Assembly: GCA_031263295.1 (NCBI GenBank)
Contig: JAISGC010000092.1
Span: forward strand, 1-39,363
Origin: Rickettsiales bacterium
Lineage (GTDB): Bacteria; Pseudomonadota; Alphaproteobacteria; Rs-D84
Length of the DNA: 39,363 bases
Direction: 5' to 3'
Shown here: positions 14,696 to 23,197 of the stretch, one piece after another
Layout: each line of letters begins with the position of its first letter
How positions within the stretch are numbered: the stretch's first letter is position 1
Notes under the pieces: generated by a model
What the model was told of the DNA's origin: nothing
The model's input: only the letters and a program-made list of their open reading frames with translations
Database searches by the model: none
Made by a program: the position numbers and the translations under genes

Positions 14696-16561
14696 CTACA
14701 CAACCTCGCACGCGCCGCCGGCGCAGGCCACCGAATCGGCGACGAAGTTCACAAAGTTCTTTTCTTCCTCTATTTCGTCCAAGTGGAACTCGCGCGTTCC
14801 CGCGAACTTCTTGTATTCCTCTTCGTTCGTGTCCTCGAACGGGGCCTGGATATAAGACGAATCGGAATAGGGCAGCAGCGATATGCCGGTGTAGTTGTCG
14901 CGGTTTTCCCACATCCACTCCCGAACCTCGTCCCACTCGTGATTCTTCACATTGCAGGTGCAGGAGACATTGTTATAGTTGTCGCCGCTGATGTGGCCGG
15001 GCTTTATCCAATGCTCAAACATATATTTGACCCGTTCCAAGAACTCCAATGCGGTCTGGGCGCGGCGCGTTATGGCGCCGTCGGGGGCCTTGATGACCAA
15101 CGACAGCACTCCGTTTTTCGTCGGGTTCATTTCCTCGTCCTCGATAAGTTCGGGGAAGTTCTTTTTCATATAATCGTAAAGCGGCTCCATCTTGTTCACG
15201 CGAAGGCGCCGGATGTAATGCTTCGCATGCCACGGATGTATGCCCGACGAAGTGCCGAGAACCAAGGAGCCCGTGCCGTCCGGCTTGATGGTCGTCTGGC
15301 GGTCGGCGGTCTTGATGCCGATTTTTTTAGCAATCAGGGCGTTGGCTTCCTTGACCTTCGCGGCCGCTCCCTCGAAGTTTATCTTGGTCAAATCTGGATG
15401 CGACGCGATTCCGGTCAAAGAGACTCCTATGAGGGCCATATCGTCCGCGTTCTTCTTCCATTCCGGGTCTATATATATGAAGTTCGTATAGGCCGCCTGC
15501 AAAGTCCCGAGGACGGACGCGTAATATGCGCGCTCGAAAAAGTCCTCTTCGGTTTCCATATTGCCCATATTTACCGATGTTAGGTTGCAGAATCCGTGGC
15601 TCGGCATCGAAATCTCGCAGCACGGGTTCACCAGCCAGTCGGGATTGTTTGTCCAGACCACGCCCGGCTCGCCGCAGCCAGACGCCTCGGTCTGCTTGAA
15701 TATCTTGTCGAACTCTTCCTTGGAAACATTTCCGCGGTCGAACTGAACGGAGTTGTTGGCGAGTCCTCGCTGCGGATTATCCTTCCACCATTCGCCTTCC
15801 TTGGCGTGCAGCATCAGATCGTCGTCTTTGTCGAACAGGCATATCATCGCCGAACGGCGCACGCCGCCCGATAAAATCGCCTCGGATATAAAGCAGCATA
15901 TGTCATAGCAGTCAAGGCTGGTCAGCGTCGATTCGCCAGCCGTTATCTTTCTGTCAAGAAGCCTCATTATATTATCCGATGTCGCCTTCAAGGGTTCGGG
16001 TCCCGGGGCCGCGCACATGGAGCTGCGAATCAGAGCGCCCTTTGGCCGTATGGGCGAGTAATCTATTTCAAGCGAATCGCCGGTCTGAAAATAAGCCTTG
16101 GTTATCGCGCGGATGCAGTCGGCCCAGCCCTCGATTGAGTCTTCCGGCTGGAATGTCGTCTTTTTGCCCGAGCGCGCCGCCAATTTGGGCAATTTTCCAA
16201 TAAAATTGCGGCGAACGGAGAATCCGACCCCGCAGCCGCACAATAACAGATACATCAAGTCCGCGAATGCGTCCAATGTGTCGAGCCCGATGGCCGAACA
16301 ATTATACATCCGCGCGTTGTTGCGCATCACGGCCTCGCCGCCGAACTGCATAGAGCGCATCGACGGCAGAATCTTTTTCGCGCGGACCAGCTTATAGGCC
16401 GCCTCTATTTCGTCTTTGCACTGGGGGAACTTCGCGAGGTGCATATTCATATTGCGGTCGACGGTCTCGTCCCAGGTCTCGCGGCGCTTTTTTTCCGGGT
16501 CATACTTGGAGTATTTCATATAAAATGTCAGATCAGACAAAAGTTTTAACGATTCGTTCAT
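14696..16561 (-). CDS. nrdJ: Class II (adenosylcobalamin-dependent) ribonucleotide reductase, monomeric RTPR-like
   Basis: 621 aa. The motifs present are an N-terminal ...RRETWDETVDR..., LPSMRSMQFGG, the active-site NPCCEISM, and the C-terminal redox pair CAGGACEVV. SD AAGGAGG lies 7 nt upstream, and TATAAT (minus strand) is at 16589-16594. Confidence 0.78.
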   Translation of the reverse strand: MNESLKLLSDLTFYMKYSKYDPEKKRRETWDETVDRNMNMHLAKFPQCKDEIEAAYKLVRAKKILPSMRSMQFGGEAVMRNNARMYNCSAIGLDTLDAFADLMYLLLCGCGVGFSVRRNFIGKLPKLAARSGKKTTFQPEDSIEGWADCIRAITKAYFQTGDSLEIDYSPIRPKGALIRSSMCAAPGPEPLKATSDNIMRLLDRKITAGESTLTSLDCYDICCFISEAILSGGVRRSAMICLFDKDDDLMLHAKEGEWWKDNPQRGLANNSVQFDRGNVSKEEFDKIFKQTEASGCGEPGVVWTNNPDWLVNPCCEISMPSHGFCNLTSVNMGNMETEEDFFERAYYASVLGTLQAAYTNFIYIDPEWKKNADDMALIGVSLTGIASHPDLTKINFEGAAAKVKEANALIAKKIGIKTADRQTTIKPDGTGSLVLGTSSGIHPWHAKHYIRRLRVNKMEPLYDYMKKNFPELIEDEEMNPTKNGVLSLVIKAPDGAITRRAQTALEFLERVKYMFEHWIKPGHISGDNYNNVSCTCNVKNHEWDEVREWMWENRDNYTGISLLPYSDSSYIQAPFEDTNEEEYKKFAGTREFHLDEIEEEKNFVNFVADSVACAGGACEVV

Positions 16562-16606
16562 AGAAATGCCTCCTTTATTCCGTTTAACATTATATCATAT
16601 AAAAAA

Positions 16607-16652
16607 TCAATGTATAGTGTCGTTTTTCCGAAACGACCACAATATATAGTTT
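16607..16652 (-). promoter_or_regulatory. Two putative NrdR boxes overlapping the nrdJ promoter
   Basis: In the minus-sense reading the boxes are AAACTATATATTGTGG (16637-16652) and CGACACTATACATTGA (16607-16622). Both resemble the acaCwAtATaTwGtgt NrdR consensus. Their centres are ~30 bp apart, and the proximal box sits at the -35 position. Confidence 0.45.
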
Positions 16653-16849
16653 TTAGGGCTGATTCGGGGGCATAAAAAAATTGCAATTTTTTTACTTTTT
16701 TGCTTGCGCCGTATGGTTTGGCGGATTCTTGGGATATTTTTCGGCGCTTGACAACAAATTGTTGACGCAAAGGCAAATTGTGCGAAGATTTTTGCGGCAA
16801 TCTGAACCGCGGCTTGTGAAAAGGACAATTTTAGGGCATAATTTTGCAA

Positions 16850-16959
16850 AGGTATCAGGTATCTGGGAATAGGTATCAGGAGGACGGCACTTGTTGTAAT
16901 GCATTGGCGTTATGATTTGCACTGCACCCCTGATACCTATTCCCAGATACCTGATACCT
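16850..16959. mobile_element. MITE-like 110-bp element, copy 2 (inverted relative to copy 1)
   Basis: The 31-bp perfect arms are AGGTATCAGGTATCTGGGAATAGGTATCAGG (16850-16880) and its complement (16929-16959). The arm-internal variant GGGAATAGG, versus GGAAACAGG in copy 1, is matched in both arms. The element lies 22 nt upstream of trxB. Confidence 0.7.
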
Positions 16960-16981
16960 AATTACTTAAAGGAAAAAGACA

Positions 16982-17881
16982 ATGACTTACGATATTATCG
17001 TTTTGGGCAGCGGGCCCGCGGGATTGACGGCGGCGCTATACGGCGCGCGCGCGAATAAAAAGACCTTGGTTCTCGGCGGCGATACCTTGGGCGGCCAGAT
17101 GGCGGGCATTCCGAAGCTTGAAAACTATCCGGGCTTTGCGGGCTCCGGGACCGAACTGGCCGAGTTTATGAAAAAGCAGGCCGTCGAGTTCGGGGCCGAG
17201 TTTGTCGGCGCCGCCGCTAAAAAAGTCGAAGCTATGGACGCGGGATATAAAGTCGCCGCCACCGACGGCAAGACATACGAAGGAACCGCGGTCATAATCG
17301 CGACCGGGGCGTCGCCCAAAAAGCTCGAAATCGCGGGCGCGCGCGAGTTCGCCGGAAAGGGCGTTTCCTATTGCGCGACCTGCGACGGATTTTTTTACAG
17401 CAAGAAAGTCGTCGCCGTCTATGGCGGCGGCAATTCGGCGCTGAACGACGCGCTCTATTTGGCGAATCTTGCCGAGAAAGTCTATATCATATATAGGAAG
17501 CCCGCCTTCACGCGCGCCGAGGCCGTTCTGGTCAAGCGCGTCGAAGAGACGAAAAACATAGAATGCGTTTTCGATGCCGAAATAACGGAGGTCGTCGGCG
17601 ACGCGACGGGCCTGACCGGATTGAAGACGACCGTCGGCGAATTGAAAGCGGACGGATTGTTCGTCGCGATAGGGCACGAGGCCAATACGGACTTTCTGTC
17701 GGAAAATTACGACCGCGACCATATGGGCCGACTGCTGACGGATGCGAATACGGCGCGGATGACGGACGGGCTGTTCGCGGCGGGCGATGTCCGGCACACC
17801 GGAAAGATGCAGATTTGCGTCGCCACTGGATGGGGCTGCGAGGCCGCGATGGACGCGATTGCGTTCTTGAATAAAAAATGA
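16982..17881 (+). CDS. trxB: Thioredoxin-disulfide reductase
   Basis: 299 aa. It has the FAD motif GSGPAG, the redox-active CATCDG, the NADPH motif GGGNSA, and the C-terminal GD motif. Confidence 0.92.
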   Translation: MTYDIIVLGSGPAGLTAALYGARANKKTLVLGGDTLGGQMAGIPKLENYPGFAGSGTELAEFMKKQAVEFGAEFVGAAAKKVEAMDAGYKVAATDGKTYEGTAVIIATGASPKKLEIAGAREFAGKGVSYCATCDGFFYSKKVVAVYGGGNSALNDALYLANLAEKVYIIYRKPAFTRAEAVLVKRVEETKNIECVFDAEITEVVGDATGLTGLKTTVGELKADGLFVAIGHEANTDFLSENYDRDHMGRLLTDANTARMTDGLFAAGDVRHTGKMQICVATGWGCEAAMDAIAFLNKK

Positions 17882-17948
17882 GCAATTAGCAATGAGCAGT
17901 GAGCAATAGGAGTGTTCTCATTGCTCACTGCTCATTGCTAATTGCTCA
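17879..17948. terminator. 29-bp perfect palindrome of GAGCAAT heptamers between convergent trxB and the CDGSH gene (bidirectional terminator-like)
   Basis: TGAGCAATTAGCAATGAGCAGTGAGCAAT (17879-17907), a 12-nt loop, and the exact complement (17920-17948). The outermost TGA of each arm is the stop codon of the gene entering from that side. Confidence 0.6.
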
Positions 17949-18632
17949 TTTATAATTTGCTTTCCATTTCATCGACGCGTGCGCGCCGTTGCAGAAGGGC
18001 TTGTTCGCGGATGCGCCGCATCGACATAGGGTCTGTTTTTGGCGGACTTCATAAACCTCTCCGTCCGCACCGATGACTTTTATTCCGCCGCGAATCCAAA
18101 GCGGCCCCGATATGCCGAGCCCGCCGTCTTCGATTGCATCGACCTCCGGCGCCGTTTTGTCTTCCAAGGATTTGCCGTCTTTCGTGAACATCAAGAGCCG
18201 TCCCGCGGGACACAGATTCGCCTCTTCTATCGCGAGTTTCGGATTTTGCCCCGATGCGACCAGATTCCAGATTCTTCCGCCCCTATCGCAAAAACGCGCG
18301 AAGGCGCAATAGTTTTGGTTGTCCAAAAGGGTCAGGTCCGGGCCGTCGATCGATTCGGCCGAAGGCTGCTTCATTATCGGCGTTTTATCCGCAGTCTCCG
18401 TCCCGTCGAAATGCGCGGCCGCGTGCGAGCCGTCGCAGAACGGCGCGTTTTTCGATCGCCCGCATCGGCAGACTGCGACCGGGTCGGTCTTTATCTCGAA
18501 GGATTTTCCCTCGCCGTATTTTACGCTGATGCCGTTTTCATCCGTCAGGATTACTTTCTGCGCTATGGACGGCGCGCCGTATAAAAGATACGGCCCGTCT
18601 TTTTCGATTTTTATATAGATTTCTTTTGACAT
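17946..18632 (-). CDS. CDGSH iron-sulfur domain protein (two CDGSH motifs plus central Cys cluster)
   Basis: The motifs are CRCGRSKNAPFCDGSH and CRCGASANKPFCNGAH. The central segment CAFARFCDRGG...CPAGR resembles a mono-cluster ferredoxin-like insert. Confidence 0.8.
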   Translation of the reverse strand: MSKEIYIKIEKDGPYLLYGAPSIAQKVILTDENGISVKYGEGKSFEIKTDPVAVCRCGRSKNAPFCDGSHAAAHFDGTETADKTPIMKQPSAESIDGPDLTLLDNQNYCAFARFCDRGGRIWNLVASGQNPKLAIEEANLCPAGRLLMFTKDGKSLEDKTAPEVDAIEDGGLGISGPLWIRGGIKVIGADGEVYEVRQKQTLCRCGASANKPFCNGAHASMKWKANYK

Positions 18633-18922
18633 ATTTCCATTGTCGGATTTTTGGCGGACGAAAGCAACAGGAATAAACGCCTGACTTGAAACAGGCGGCC
18701 GGGAGCTAACAAGTCAGCAATATTGACCTGACTGCCTTCCGATATATAGATCGTATTGTATAGCAATCACATCCCGGCCATAGTGCGGGACAAAACCAAC
18801 AGACGATTCAGGCTTGTTAGGGCCGCCATTGCCGATATTGTTAGGATCGATTTCGGCTGTATCTTTGTTCCCAGCAGGAATCTTGACCTATCCTGAAACA
18901 TTTGTCAATCGTTTTTTTTCGT

Positions 18923-19564
18923 TTATTTGTAATTTCTTACAATTTTTGTTTTCGCAAATCCGCGTTTTTTCAATTCCCCGCCAATATCGTGGATTTTTAT
19001 CTTGCCGGCTTTGCCCTTGTTGTATTTGCATATTCTTTCAAGCTCATCTATCTCGGCTTCCCATGGCTCATGATTTTCCTGATAGTTCCAATCGGGATAC
19101 TTTTTTTCGGTTTTGTGAAAATCGGCAAGGCATGCGTTTTCGATATGCTTGTATGATATGGATACTTTTTGTTCAGTTTCTCCGAACAGGCCTTTGACGC
19201 TTCCGACAAAGTCTTGCTGGTAAATCATATATATTTCGATTTTCTTCCCGTCGGATAGTTCATGGAACAGATGCCACCAAACTCCTATGGATCTCTGGCT
19301 AGGCTGGCCGTTCAAGCCGCCGGTTTTGTAGATGTTCAGTGTTCCCTTCATTCCGCCCTTGTCTTCGGATCCGCCTATTTTTTTGATAATTCCGTTCACG
19401 GCGATTATATAGACGCGGCCGATATTGCGCTTTAATATGTCCGTCGCCAGCCCGTTCCCTTTTTCATCGATAATCTTCGGCAGATATATGAAGTCCAGAA
19501 CATCGCCGGATTTTATTTTCACATCGGCAATCTTGAATGCGGTTTTCACTTGGGATATTTTCAT
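18923..19564 (-). CDS. Putative restriction endonuclease with GIY-YIG-like nuclease motifs
   Basis: 213 aa, starting 1 nt after the methylase stop. GRVYIIAVNGIIKKIGGS fits the GIY...YIG spacing; QRSIGVWWHLFHE fits the R...H region; and ENACLADFHKTEKKYPDWN fits the E..L......P.WN pattern. The DNA is visibly AT-richer than its flanks. The motifs were read by eye only. Confidence 0.5.
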   Translation of the reverse strand: MKISQVKTAFKIADVKIKSGDVLDFIYLPKIIDEKGNGLATDILKRNIGRVYIIAVNGIIKKIGGSEDKGGMKGTLNIYKTGGLNGQPSQRSIGVWWHLFHELSDGKKIEIYMIYQQDFVGSVKGLFGETEQKVSISYKHIENACLADFHKTEKKYPDWNYQENHEPWEAEIDELERICKYNKGKAGKIKIHDIGGELKKRGFAKTKIVRNYK

Positions 19565-19565
19565 T

Positions 19566-20564
19566 TTATTCTCCGATGATAATCAGTTCGTGCGAGTGCT
19601 TCACATTCCCGTTGTCATAATCGCGCTCCGCGCGATTCTTGCCGATGCGCGTTTCGCCCTGGCCCATGGTATATTGCCATGATGTCTCGATAATCTTGAA
19701 ATCCTTGTAGGCATCGCGGATCCAGGCGCAGTCGTTGTATGACAAGACGAATCCTCCTTTGTGCGCGCGCAAAAGCCTCGCCAGCGTCTCGTGGTCGAAT
19801 CCGTTGTGGTGTATCGGAAAGTTCCGCATCGGGTATATCCCGCGGAACATCTTGGAATCGCCAGCCAGAAAATACGGCGGATCCAAGTAAAGAAAATCTC
19901 CGTTGTGCTTCGGGATGCTGGTCGCGAAGGATTCGTTGAACACACGCAGGTCCGCGCGGAAATCGCGCACGCGCGAAACCATAGCGTCGTATTTTTTACT
20001 ATCTTTGTAAATCGACGACATCCAGCCCAGAAATCCCGGCCCGTATGAAAGATTATGGTTGAAGAAATAATACGCCGCGGCGTCGAGCGGGTCTAGTTTT
20101 CCGTCGTATCCGTCGACTTTATTCCAGTGCTCTTTCAGTATATTTTTTATGTGCTCGTATTCTTCCGCGGTCGGAGCGATCCCGGCGAGCCGATCCGCCA
20201 ATTCATTCGGCTGCGTAGTCTGCACTTTCCAATAGTTCGCGAGCATATCGAATATGTCGTATGCGACGACCGGGATTTTTAATTCGCGCGCAATCGCAAT
20301 CTCGACGCTGGCGCCGCCGATGAAAGGCGATGCGACAAGCTTCGCTTTATCGGGTATGTATTCGAGAATCTTTCCAACGGCCAAGGATTTTCCGCCCGCG
20401 TAGCGCAAAGGCGAGCCGGCGTATCTTTTATAATTCCCATTTGCGCCTTTTAATCGGCGCAAAGCACGCGCTCTGTCGAAATTGAGGACCTTCGTATCGA
20501 AATAATCCTGTTCCAATGGAAGTTCAAGAATGCGGTCAAAATCTTTTCTCAATGTGTCGGGCAT
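19566..20564 (-). CDS. DNA N6-adenine methyltransferase, Dam-like (D12 class)
   Basis: 332 aa. YAGGKS, the motif I-like SPFIGGAS and the catalytic FLYLDPPY occur in the order typical of the alpha-class Dam/DpnIIA family. Confidence 0.8.
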   Translation of the reverse strand: MPDTLRKDFDRILELPLEQDYFDTKVLNFDRARALRRLKGANGNYKRYAGSPLRYAGGKSLAVGKILEYIPDKAKLVASPFIGGASVEIAIARELKIPVVAYDIFDMLANYWKVQTTQPNELADRLAGIAPTAEEYEHIKNILKEHWNKVDGYDGKLDPLDAAAYYFFNHNLSYGPGFLGWMSSIYKDSKKYDAMVSRVRDFRADLRVFNESFATSIPKHNGDFLYLDPPYFLAGDSKMFRGIYPMRNFPIHHNGFDHETLARLLRAHKGGFVLSYNDCAWIRDAYKDFKIIETSWQYTMGQGETRIGKNRAERDYDNGNVKHSHELIIIGE

Positions 20565-20576
20565 ACTGAAACTATA

Positions 20577-21776
20577 TCACTTCTTTCGGCCGGAAAACAA
20601 CACCATTGTTGTTATTATTCCGAAGATTCCGGTCGCGATCCACACGGCGCGCGTCTGGCCCAAAAGAAATATCGCCGCCGCGCCGACCAACGGCGTTATG
20701 AATTTCGGAAGATTCGTCGAAGTGTTGAATATTCCGTAGAATCTGGACTGCTCGTCTTTTTTCGCGACATCGAAAAATACCAGGTCGTGAAGCGCTTCCT
20801 GAATCGCGCCGGAGACCTGCATCATTATGAATATCCAAATCATCATATCTCCCTTGGCGAAGAACATCAGGAAGCTGCACGCTATGAAAAGAATAAACGC
20901 CAGGCCGAGCCCCGCGGTCGTTCCCTTCTTGCCGAAGCGGCGCGCTATCCGGCCCGTGGGCTCGGACAAAATAACATAGGGCAGAATGCCCGCGGTCAGA
21001 ATCAGGCCGAGCGCGTCTTTGGTAAATCCCGCCTCGATGACTATTATCGGCCAGTATAGAATGCGGAGCGACTTCATCGCGTAATAGCCGAAGTTCAGAG
21101 CATAGGCCCTGCGGAAATCCGCGCGCCCGAAATACTGAATCACTCCGCGCCAGATGGAGCGCAGGGTTCTGTTGGGCGATATGCGCGGCAGCTTTTTCTC
21201 CTCTTGAACAATATTGTAATGCTTGAACATAATCCATCCGGCCAGATACATTATGCTGCTGGCGAAGAATGCGCTGCGGTTGCCGAAGACGCCCGCAATC
21301 TGCATCGCTATCACCGGAGCCAAAACCGCGCCGACATTCAGCCACAGATGGTATCGCCCGTTCATCTTCGCGATTCCGCCCCGGCCCGCGAAGTCCGCCA
21401 TAAACAGCGGTATCAGCGTCATTATCAAAACCAGCGGTATCGCCGTGAAGAAATCCAAAATCAGAAATGTCATGGGCTTGACCGAGAACGACAAAAGTAT
21501 ATAGCTGACGAAAATGGAAAACATAGCGAAGTAGAAAAGCTTCGCCTTGGAAAACATCCGCATGGCCTCGCCGAAAAAAATCTGGATAATCAGGCCGAAT
21601 GCGAAATATGCCGAGGAATACAATCCGACCATCTCTGGCGTTTTCCAAATCTCCAATAATATAAGGGAATAGACCGCGCTGATTATCCCGTCGCCGAATC
21701 CGGTGAACAGCCCCAGGTTCGCGAACGAAAATCCGCTGACCCCGTGTTTCGTCGAAATGTATCTATCGGATTTCAT
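20577..21776 (-). CDS. MFS transporter
   Basis: 399 aa with ~12 hydrophobic segments. It ends 12 nt upstream of the methylase start. The substrate cannot be inferred. Confidence 0.7.
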   Translation of the reverse strand: MKSDRYISTKHGVSGFSFANLGLFTGFGDGIISAVYSLILLEIWKTPEMVGLYSSAYFAFGLIIQIFFGEAMRMFSKAKLFYFAMFSIFVSYILLSFSVKPMTFLILDFFTAIPLVLIMTLIPLFMADFAGRGGIAKMNGRYHLWLNVGAVLAPVIAMQIAGVFGNRSAFFASSIMYLAGWIMFKHYNIVQEEKKLPRISPNRTLRSIWRGVIQYFGRADFRRAYALNFGYYAMKSLRILYWPIIVIEAGFTKDALGLILTAGILPYVILSEPTGRIARRFGKKGTTAGLGLAFILFIACSFLMFFAKGDMMIWIFIMMQVSGAIQEALHDLVFFDVAKKDEQSRFYGIFNTSTNLPKFITPLVGAAAIFLLGQTRAVWIATGIFGIITTMVLFSGRKK

Positions 21777-21855
21777 CGCCGGAATTATACCATAAATAGC
21801 GGTTGTTTTTGCGCGGAAAAAAAGCTAGGATTGTCCGAAACCAAAAGGAAAAGAT

Positions 21856-22944
21856 ATGGCGAAAAAAGCCGACATACCAAACAGCGTCCTGTCGAAGAAC
21901 CCGGCCCTGGAATCCGCGCTCGCGCAGATACAAAAGCAGTTCGGCAAAGAGGCCATCATGCAGTTCGGCGACGACGCGAACCATAACATCGAATCCATCT
22001 CGACCGGATCCCTCGGCCTCGATATAGCGCTCGGCATAGGCGGATACCCGCGCGGGCGCATAGTCGAAATATACGGCCCGGAATCGTCCGGGAAAACGAC
22101 GCTCGCGCTGCACGCCTGCGCCGAATCGCAGAAAAAGGGCGGAACCGTCGCCTATATAGACGCCGAGAATGCGCTGGATACGAGTTATGCAAAAAAACTC
22201 GGATGCGATGTCAAGAATATGATTATATCGCAACCCGATTCGGGCGAGCAGGCGCTTGAAATCGCCAACACTCTGATACAATCGGGCGCGGTCGATGTCG
22301 TCGTGGTCGATTCGGTCGCGGCTCTGATTCCGCAGGCCGAGATAAACGGCAACATAGGCGATTCGTTCGTCGGCACGACCGCGCGCCTGATGTCGCAGGG
22401 CTTGAAAAAACTGGCGCAATCGGTTTCGCGCAACAATGTTCTCCTTATATTCATCAACCAGATTCGTATGAAAATCGGCGTTATGTTCGGCAATCCCGAA
22501 ACGACATCGGGCGGCAACGCCTTGAAGTTCTACGCCTCGGTCCGCCTGGACATCCGCCGCACCGGCGCGATAAAGGATAAAGAGAATGTAGTCGGAAACG
22601 AGACGCGCGTGAAAGTCGTCAAAAACAAAGTCGCGCCGCCTTTCCGCGTCGTCGACTTCAAGATTATGTATGGCGAGGGCATTTCGCGAGTGTCCGAGAT
22701 TTTGGATATGGGCGTGAAATACGGGCTGATAGACAAGGCGGGCGCGTTCTATTCCCTGAACTCCGAACGCATAGGGCAGGGCGAGGCGAACGCACGCGAA
22801 TGGCTGCGTAATAATCCCGCGGCCCAGGAAGAGCTGCTTTCCAAAATTATGGAAAAGTCGAACGGCATAGCCGACGATATGCAGGGGACGCCCGAGGCCG
22901 ACGCCGAAGGGACCGAACCGACGGAAGCGCCCAGCGAGCAATAA
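21856..22944 (+). CDS. recA: Recombinase RecA
   Basis: 362 aa. It has Walker [10 protein letters not shown] and the blocks IVVDSVAAL and [37 protein letters not shown], followed by an acidic C-terminal tail. Confidence 0.97.
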   Translation: MAKKADIPNSVLSKNPALESALAQIQKQFGKEAIMQFGDDANHNIESISTGSLGLDIALGIGGYPRGRIVEIYGPESSGKTTLALHACAESQKKGGTVAYIDAENALDTSYAKKLGCDVKNMIISQPDSGEQALEIANTLIQSGAVDVVVVDSVAALIPQAEINGNIGDSFVGTTARLMSQGLKKLAQSVSRNNVLLIFINQIRMKIGVMFGNPETTSGGNALKFYASVRLDIRRTGAIKDKENVVGNETRVKVVKNKVAPPFRVVDFKIMYGEGISRVSEILDMGVKYGLIDKAGAFYSLNSERIGQGEANAREWLRNNPAAQEELLSKIMEKSNGIADDMQGTPEADAEGTEPTEAPSEQ

Positions 22945-22951
22945 AATCAAA

Positions 22952-23135
22952 ACAAACGATTGCGCAAGCAATCGTTTGTCATTCCCGCGAAAGCGGGAAT
23001 AGGGTTCTAAACCTTACATTCAGCTACTACTTGTTTTCCAGATTACATTTGTATGTGAAACAAGTTTGTTGTTATAAGGCTGAAAGCCCTATTCCCGCCT
23101 GCGCGGGAATGACAAACCACTTCGTGGTTTGTTTT
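22952..23135. repeat. Nested palindromic element A (terminal hairpins + two ATTCCCGC-N4-GCGGGAAT hairpins + ~90-nt imperfect palindromic core)
   Basis: A 12-bp-stem hairpin at 22952-22979 lies just 3' of recA. It is followed by GTCATTCCCGC-GAAA-GCGGGAAT, the core at 23002-23089, ATTCCCGC-CTGC-GCGGGAATGAC, and AAACCAC-TTC-GTGGTTT. 22978-23038 is the exact reverse complement of 26015-26075. Confidence 0.8.
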
Positions 23136-23197
23136 TGTTATTTTTGATTTCATATGCTTTTTATGATATAATCCCCACAAAATAAAAGGATTTGTCT

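Noticed and set aside
16562-16700. Cobalamin riboswitch upstream of nrdJ.
   Set aside because: The -10 box lies only ~28 nt from the ATG, so there is no room for a ~200-nt B12 element. No B12-box-like sequence was seen, and NrdR boxes fit better.
18640-18922. Possible gene remnant next to the R-M island. The minus-strand frame reads VKIPAGNKDTAEIDPNNIGNGGPNKPESSVGFVPHYGRDVIAIQYDLYIGRQSGQYC.
   Set aside because: It has no start codon, is only ~57 codons long, and has no recognisable motif. That is insufficient to call a pseudogene, so it is mentioned only as part of the island context.
21777-21855. SOS (LexA) box upstream of recA.
   Set aside because: Neither a GAAC-N7-GAAC/GTTC-N7-GTTC (alphaproteobacterial) motif nor a CTGT-N8-ACAG motif is present in the 79-bp spacer.
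21763-22971. 402-aa ORF antisense to recA.
   Set aside because: It completely overlaps a textbook RecA ORF on the other strand. Its Arg/Gly/Leu-rich, motif-free translation is typical of the antisense frame of a GC-rich gene.
22978-23089. The conserved 37-nt half-core GGGTTCTAAACCTTACATTCAGCTACTACTTGTTTTC as a possible CRISPR repeat or tracrRNA-like sequence, and the tandem heptamer runs as CRISPR arrays.
   Set aside because: There are only two copies, in inverted orientation 3 kb apart. There is no repeat-spacer periodicity and no cas genes in the window. The heptamer runs are contiguous tandem repeats without spacers.
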